From positions 1 through 32,931 of IMG/VR virus record IMGVR_UViG_3300029985_000111: a DNA stretch of 32,931 nt; one strand, given 5' to 3'. Of this stretch, positions 30,701 through 32,931 are shown one piece after another. Each line of letters begins with the position of its first letter. Position 1 is the first letter of the stretch. The notes beneath the pieces were generated by a model. The model saw only the letters and a program-made list of their open reading frames with translations. It searched no databases and was not told the DNA's origin. The position numbers and the translations under genes are program-made. The DNA is from a virus (taxonomy: Duplodnaviria > Caudoviricetes).

Positions 30701-31814
30701 CACCGTCAAAAATAACAGTGTTATATGTATTAGTAACTAATACATTTGAATTTACCTTTGTAATTTCTCTGGGTACTAGATTGATAACTGGTGTAGAATT
30801 TGGAGTTATAAATGTAATATCGTATATTGTAGATCTAACTGAAGAATTTTTATCGCTCGCAAAAATTATGCTATCACCGGTGGATAGCGAAGTTCCATTA
30901 CATGTAAAACTCGTTGCCCCTTGTACAATGGAAAATGCATTTGGTGTACTATTGTCAAAAAAAGTAACAGTTGACAACCCAATCTTACCTTGACCAAATA
31001 AAATTAGTGGTATAAATTCTATAATTGGTCGTGAAGCAAAATTAAAACTATTAGGAATATCTGTTAATCCTAATATATTAATTATAGAATTTATTGTTTT
31101 TTTATGAACCCATAAATTAGTTCTGCTCCACAAATTTAAATCGGGGGCAGCACGATTTATAGTAATATAATCAGGTGGATTATTTTGATCGGCTACAAAA
31201 GGAGGAGTAACAATATTATTTTTATTAACCAGATTTATATATTCTCCAACGCCTTCGACAATATAGTTATTTGAATCAATAGAAATTATCATTCCATTTA
31301 ATAATGTTATATTATTTGGAGAGGTGTAAGAATTTTTTCCAATTATATTCGTTAACGAATCATTAATAGATATTTTGCTATTCCAATACCATGAATTATC
31401 ATTTTGATCTAACCAACAATAGTTGTGATAATTTAAAATTTTATCTAAATCAACAAAACCTTGCCAATTATATATTCCTGAAGTTAATAATCTATTCCAA
31501 GAAGAAGTAATTGCATCTTTATTGGCTGCGGAATTCAATAAATCAATAAAATTTGATGTTCCGGAGATATTATTTTTTTCATCCCGGGTAACAAATGCGG
31601 GTTCTAGTTGATAATTTTGTCGAGGTGCTGTTGATTCAAGAAGATATGATCCATCTTGCAATTTTCCATTTAACCACTGCCTTCCTACATATCCATCGAA
31701 TCGAGATAATTTGGGTTGATTAGTTAATAAATCTAACGTTCCCGACAGAAATTTTTTGTTAGCCGATGTTTGTAAATATGGTGGTAAAAAAGTTACTGAT
31801 TTATTAATGTCCAT
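24735..31814 (-). CDS. Giant virion structural protein (putative baseplate wedge-like)
   Basis: 2359 aa, late-type promoter, FG-GAP-like repeats near the C-terminus (FGNQLSLS, YGTSLS...LVVGVP, FGLSVAI...LAVGS). Confidence 0.75.
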   Translation of the reverse strand: MDINKSVTFLPPYLQTSANKKFLSGTLDLLTNQPKLSRFDGYVGRQWLNGKLQDGSYLLESTAPRQNYQLEPAFVTRDEKNNISGTSNFIDLLNSAANKDAITSSWNRLLTSGIYNWQGFVDLDKILNYHNYCWLDQNDNSWYWNSKISINDSLTNIIGKNSYTSPNNITLLNGMIISIDSNNYIVEGVGEYINLVNKNNIVTPPFVADQNNPPDYITINRAAPDLNLWSRTNLWVHKKTINSIINILGLTDIPNSFNFASRPIIEFIPLILFGQGKIGLSTVTFFDNSTPNAFSIVQGATSFTCNGTSLSTGDSIIFASDKNSSVRSTIYDITFITPNSTPVINLVPREITKVNSNVLVTNTYNTVIFDGANWSIASQNKTKINQQPLFDVYDINNYSFGNNDIYPETSFTGSKLFSYKIGSGTNDTVLGFPLTYGNIGNLNDIIFDNNYVSDSFSYTTTGTNPLHINNGKPHQIKTATLLENSYEPWQYIMSDGSLYQNTVAVGANIIKMIGTLKNDLAPIIYVDGKQLATDKFSVVQTGPNILVTIDFNLISSTSIIFIKISSSTSIANAWYDVPSSFSNNPSGQSIDTFTISDMRDHATTILSNSNNTNGLATLNLVAYKGISGTILYQESNSLISTILLTNPKFDIDQSIRTAGEDYVLFKQKLINSFSQIKNAQNISSKSAVDQALQSIASSFNSSQSWASSDMCFWGGQKTSYSIKNAKSLKFNLQQTYDWNSANYLSLQVYLNNNQLIYGRDYTTAGNILNIAATLNLKDTLDVYEISNTIGSYIPATPTKLGLSKSYIPQIYTDNTYQTPRKVIQGHDGSITSCFNDFRDNLLLDYELRVYNNLKVNNQLWSDTIETRVPQTSRFRTGPYSKSEQLSISKRLFYEWAAQYNISYSNNFYDESNLFTWNWSNSLDKLSDKQPLLGYWRGIYDWFYNSENPNTRPWELLNISIKPAWWDTTYGPSPYTGENLVMWNDIANGLIRNPYGITHSSYGVQLEMLDVIPVNGSGTLLSPNEAVIGTFDDSSAKNNFVYGDGDPVFTAWKRSSFWPFAQLRAKILQNPLFMLGTTWDTNNFIPTNNYYEFKYKNLLPSLSRIVINGVDSTPVNSIINYSVEYLRKNGMNPSILRSTIDNTVINLMYGLGGFSDISNLTVYASPNDPSDTGAAELIPNRDFSLFLNQSTPTGIVEYSGVIITNDPDGEGYKITGYDKNNPYFTIYPAITTGDNYIISVGNDRYNFSNTFNVSPEVIPYNTIFATPQDVINFLSGYGQYLIQNGIAFTVDSNQSKIDWSNAALQFIKWSLTNWKGNLSLVLNPSSSVIEYKGTSGTLYDLTDPLTSLLLDVNGNPVNLKYLDVSRDQNNVTITNQNGSIFSCIRANIISYEHRFIINNESEFNDIIYNPITGTRQTRLQLSGQKTSNWNGTLDIPGFLITTNNVDDWIPNKDYQTGSLVSWKNSNYIASVNIIGSSTFQYNQFSLISTTFSNQLLPNLSTKANDLTHAFDINYRPYLTDMVTLRNNTIGYVERDWLSSLDIDLAGQTDFYRGWIKEKGSLNSVNSYGRGSTPSFNTQTTIVEEYAMKVGEYGATARTGYGDVSLSPKVNTQNPLILTFVSTANTSDSTSIQTTPFNLYEKSPNWTNDFIQQSGNLVLNESPFIKGGPVIPDNLIKWAYNNIPGFIKSDESSLFFANTRVMLNSGNNISSILKIIENGGSFWLGSNKLADPPNQWDVLTFDAPYTQINAITQISANQLLFNLSSNIGVIANNIIAVDHVDSASNLTIQGIFNVDDYEIAPSANSYSRLIVTGPINNFSNITYDTAWTSLSLYTSRSLRGDSIGTSNIKSEDTVRYVQNDAKGWTSYDLLQPYLTKISYPAISNQDPISDIAYDDQNQILWSGKPTAKSGLGEVEVRMLAEKLTTGNIVIPDLGSTVYAIESYHPDTYLLGQHVVCQPGIAAISATTLNGGITGNGQVYIVQIENNRPVVTQILSGDGITNSNASQSYFGNQLSLSSDASWLYIRSKSMLAPNVAGISVYSLHTNESTQNYTIISNVSNIITVNRSIIDAYSIKISVYFENGLTQILIPNIDFSVNPNSSTINLLIPLDTYEKIYITTPNNYYKYEGKLIDPFGTSTGYGTSLSCDKNGETLVVGVPNYNSGAVIIYRRVKEKTYHAFSTANISPTNDFSTISSILVDGVKLSPSVFSVTYNSGFISNIIFSPALPTASTIQIEGFCFNVMQTIIAPNIEDSNFGLSVAINDNKLAVGSTKSVHQKGSLYFYALDTRITSQKIIPINDVDLNVPSINLNDWVVTRSGITISSLITDINNLTNYSGISATISNGNLILNIIQSMSTTGISGI

Positions 31815-31913
31815 ATTAATATTTATGCGTCAGAAACCAGCGTATTCATATCCGACGCTTTATTCACCCTAAGAACGCTACAATACGTTATATCTTCTCT
31901 CCGTCTAGTATGT

Positions 31914-32657
31914 GAACAAGAAAAAGTTGAAAATATTTATAAAATAACAAATCGAATACTCGGAATTGATATGAACCCAAATAATATTGGCATTTCAATT
32001 ACTGATTTGGGCAAAGACGTATTTCACGAAGTTTTTAAATTTACCGACGGGACCAGAACCAATAAAAATAAACGAAATCACGAAACCAAAGAAATTGCAT
32101 GTCGAATAATTAAACTTGCATTGCATTTTCACGTATCAATGATTGTTTTTGAAGAACTAACGATGGGAGCAAGAAATGCAAAGAAATGCAAAAATTTCAA
32201 TAGGCTTTGTAATAACGAGTGGAATAGAAATTTATTTCAATTGCAAATAAGAAAATTAAGTGACCGATATAATATAACCTGTTAATTAGTAAACTGCGCC
32301 TATTCAAGTACAATTGGAAATATTTTATTTCGGAATCTACCAGACCCATGCGCCGCGGCAAAAGAAATAGCCCGGCGTGGACCAAACAAATACGTTAACA
32401 GTTTGCGTATGTATCCAAATACCAATTTAAGTAAAGTTCGCGTTTTAAACCAATGGAAGGAAGAAGAAGCCGCGGGACTTTTACTAACGAAAATATTGGA
32501 GAGCTCGTGCTCCCCAATTGCTTCAAAATGGGTAGAAATACATACGGCAATAAAGAAGTCCGGAATAAAGTACCGGGTTCCACTCGAAGATATTAATTCG
32601 TGTGTCTTTAGATTTAATTCAATAAAATCAGGAATATTTGAACATATAATTGTTTAA
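31914..32657 (+). pseudogene. tnpB: Degenerate IS200/IS605 TnpB-related RuvC nuclease
   Basis: One reading frame joins RILGIDMNP (RuvC-I), IVFEEL (RuvC-II), an in-frame TAA at 32283-32285, then LVNCAYSSTIGN...PDPCAAAKEIARRG (RuvC-III). No N-terminal half or upstream start codon; left boundary approximate. Confidence 0.8.
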
Positions 32658-32761
32658 TATTCGTTGTACTAATTTTATTGGAAAAGTTACTTTACGAAAG
32701 AATAAGTAACCGCCACTATCCCTGTACTCATATTTTATTGATAAGTGTTTCATATAACTCT

Positions 32762-32931
32762 TTAGTTTGCATTGTTCACTACGCACTGATATGTCCCCGC
32801 AAGGGTGCCACTAGTCGGAACGTTAACCGTGAACCCCGTGGTCGCGAGATTGCTATAAAATGGGGATCCGGTCGTCGCCGAGCTGGATGATATTGGAATA
32901 GCGCAGCTTGTTGGGGCAACGCTCATCGCCG
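32762..32931 (-). CDS. C-terminus of a Ser/Thr-rich fibre-like protein, 5' end outside the window
   Basis: Manual translation AMSVAPTSCAIPISSSSATTGSPFYSNLATTGFTVNVPTSGTLAGTYQCVVNNAN*; open to the window edge and co-oriented with the structural genes. Confidence 0.65.
   Translation of the reverse strand, partial: AMSVAPTSCAIPISSSSATTGSPFYSNLATTGFTVNVPTSGTLAGTYQCVVNNAN

Noticed and set aside
1931-30993. Plus-strand ORFs in the track (for example 1931, 6359, 8502, 8946, 14019, 16100, 20715, 30718) and nested minus ORFs 5648 and 12683
   Set aside because: They are shadows of longer genes with clear motifs and have no recognisable RBS or domain.
31885-31918. Group I intron R/S-like words on the minus strand (gttcacatactagacgg...aagatata)
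   Set aside because: The P7 partners do not pair, there is no room for P8, and no interrupted gene is evident.
32628-32753. 41-aa minus-strand ORF (MKHLSIKYEY...)
   Set aside because: Short, weak RBS, overlaps the TnpB end; cannot be supported as a gene.
32775-32931. Plus-strand structured ncRNA (ccc-GCAA-ggg and gtc-GCGA-gat GNRA-like hairpins) or the 70-aa plus ORF at 32678-32890
   Set aside because: The minus strand gives an uninterrupted, protein-like frame co-oriented with neighbouring genes, which explains the GC content more simply.
1-32931. Alternative genetic code or general stop-codon readthrough
   Set aside because: Genes up to 7 kb are intact in the standard code and use TAA, TAG and TGA as stops; the two interruptions are TAA.
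1-32931. tRNA or rRNA genes
   Set aside because: No cloverleaf or T-loop signature seen in any intergenic gap.

Overview
Very AT-rich segment of a large tailed (jumbo-type) myophage genome, with almost all genes on the minus strand. Reading the minus strand from right to left: the end of a fibre-like gene; a decayed plus-strand TnpB-like gene; three very large baseplate/virion genes (2359, 1660 and 537 aa); small structural genes and a tail-fibre gene with a perfect 72-bp duplication; a compact candidate replication module (divergent SF2 helicase-like gene, a structured 130-nt leader with terminator/antiterminator geometry, a VapE-like P-loop ATPase, and a 700-bp non-coding region with a 39-bp inverted repeat of iteron-like boxes around a ~90% AT spacer); a GIY-YIG nuclease, DnaJ-like and ClpA-like chaperones and a glycosyltransferase-like gene; a cluster of probable head-packaged enzymes (four ADP-ribosyltransferase-like paralogs, NUDIX, nucleotidyltransferase, HAD nucleotidase) plus Dps; a DsbA-like DNA-binding protein; and a family B DNA polymerase N-terminal fragment that stops just after the ExoI motif, ahead of an HNH homing endonuclease. 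All calls come from reading motifs by eye; no searches were run.
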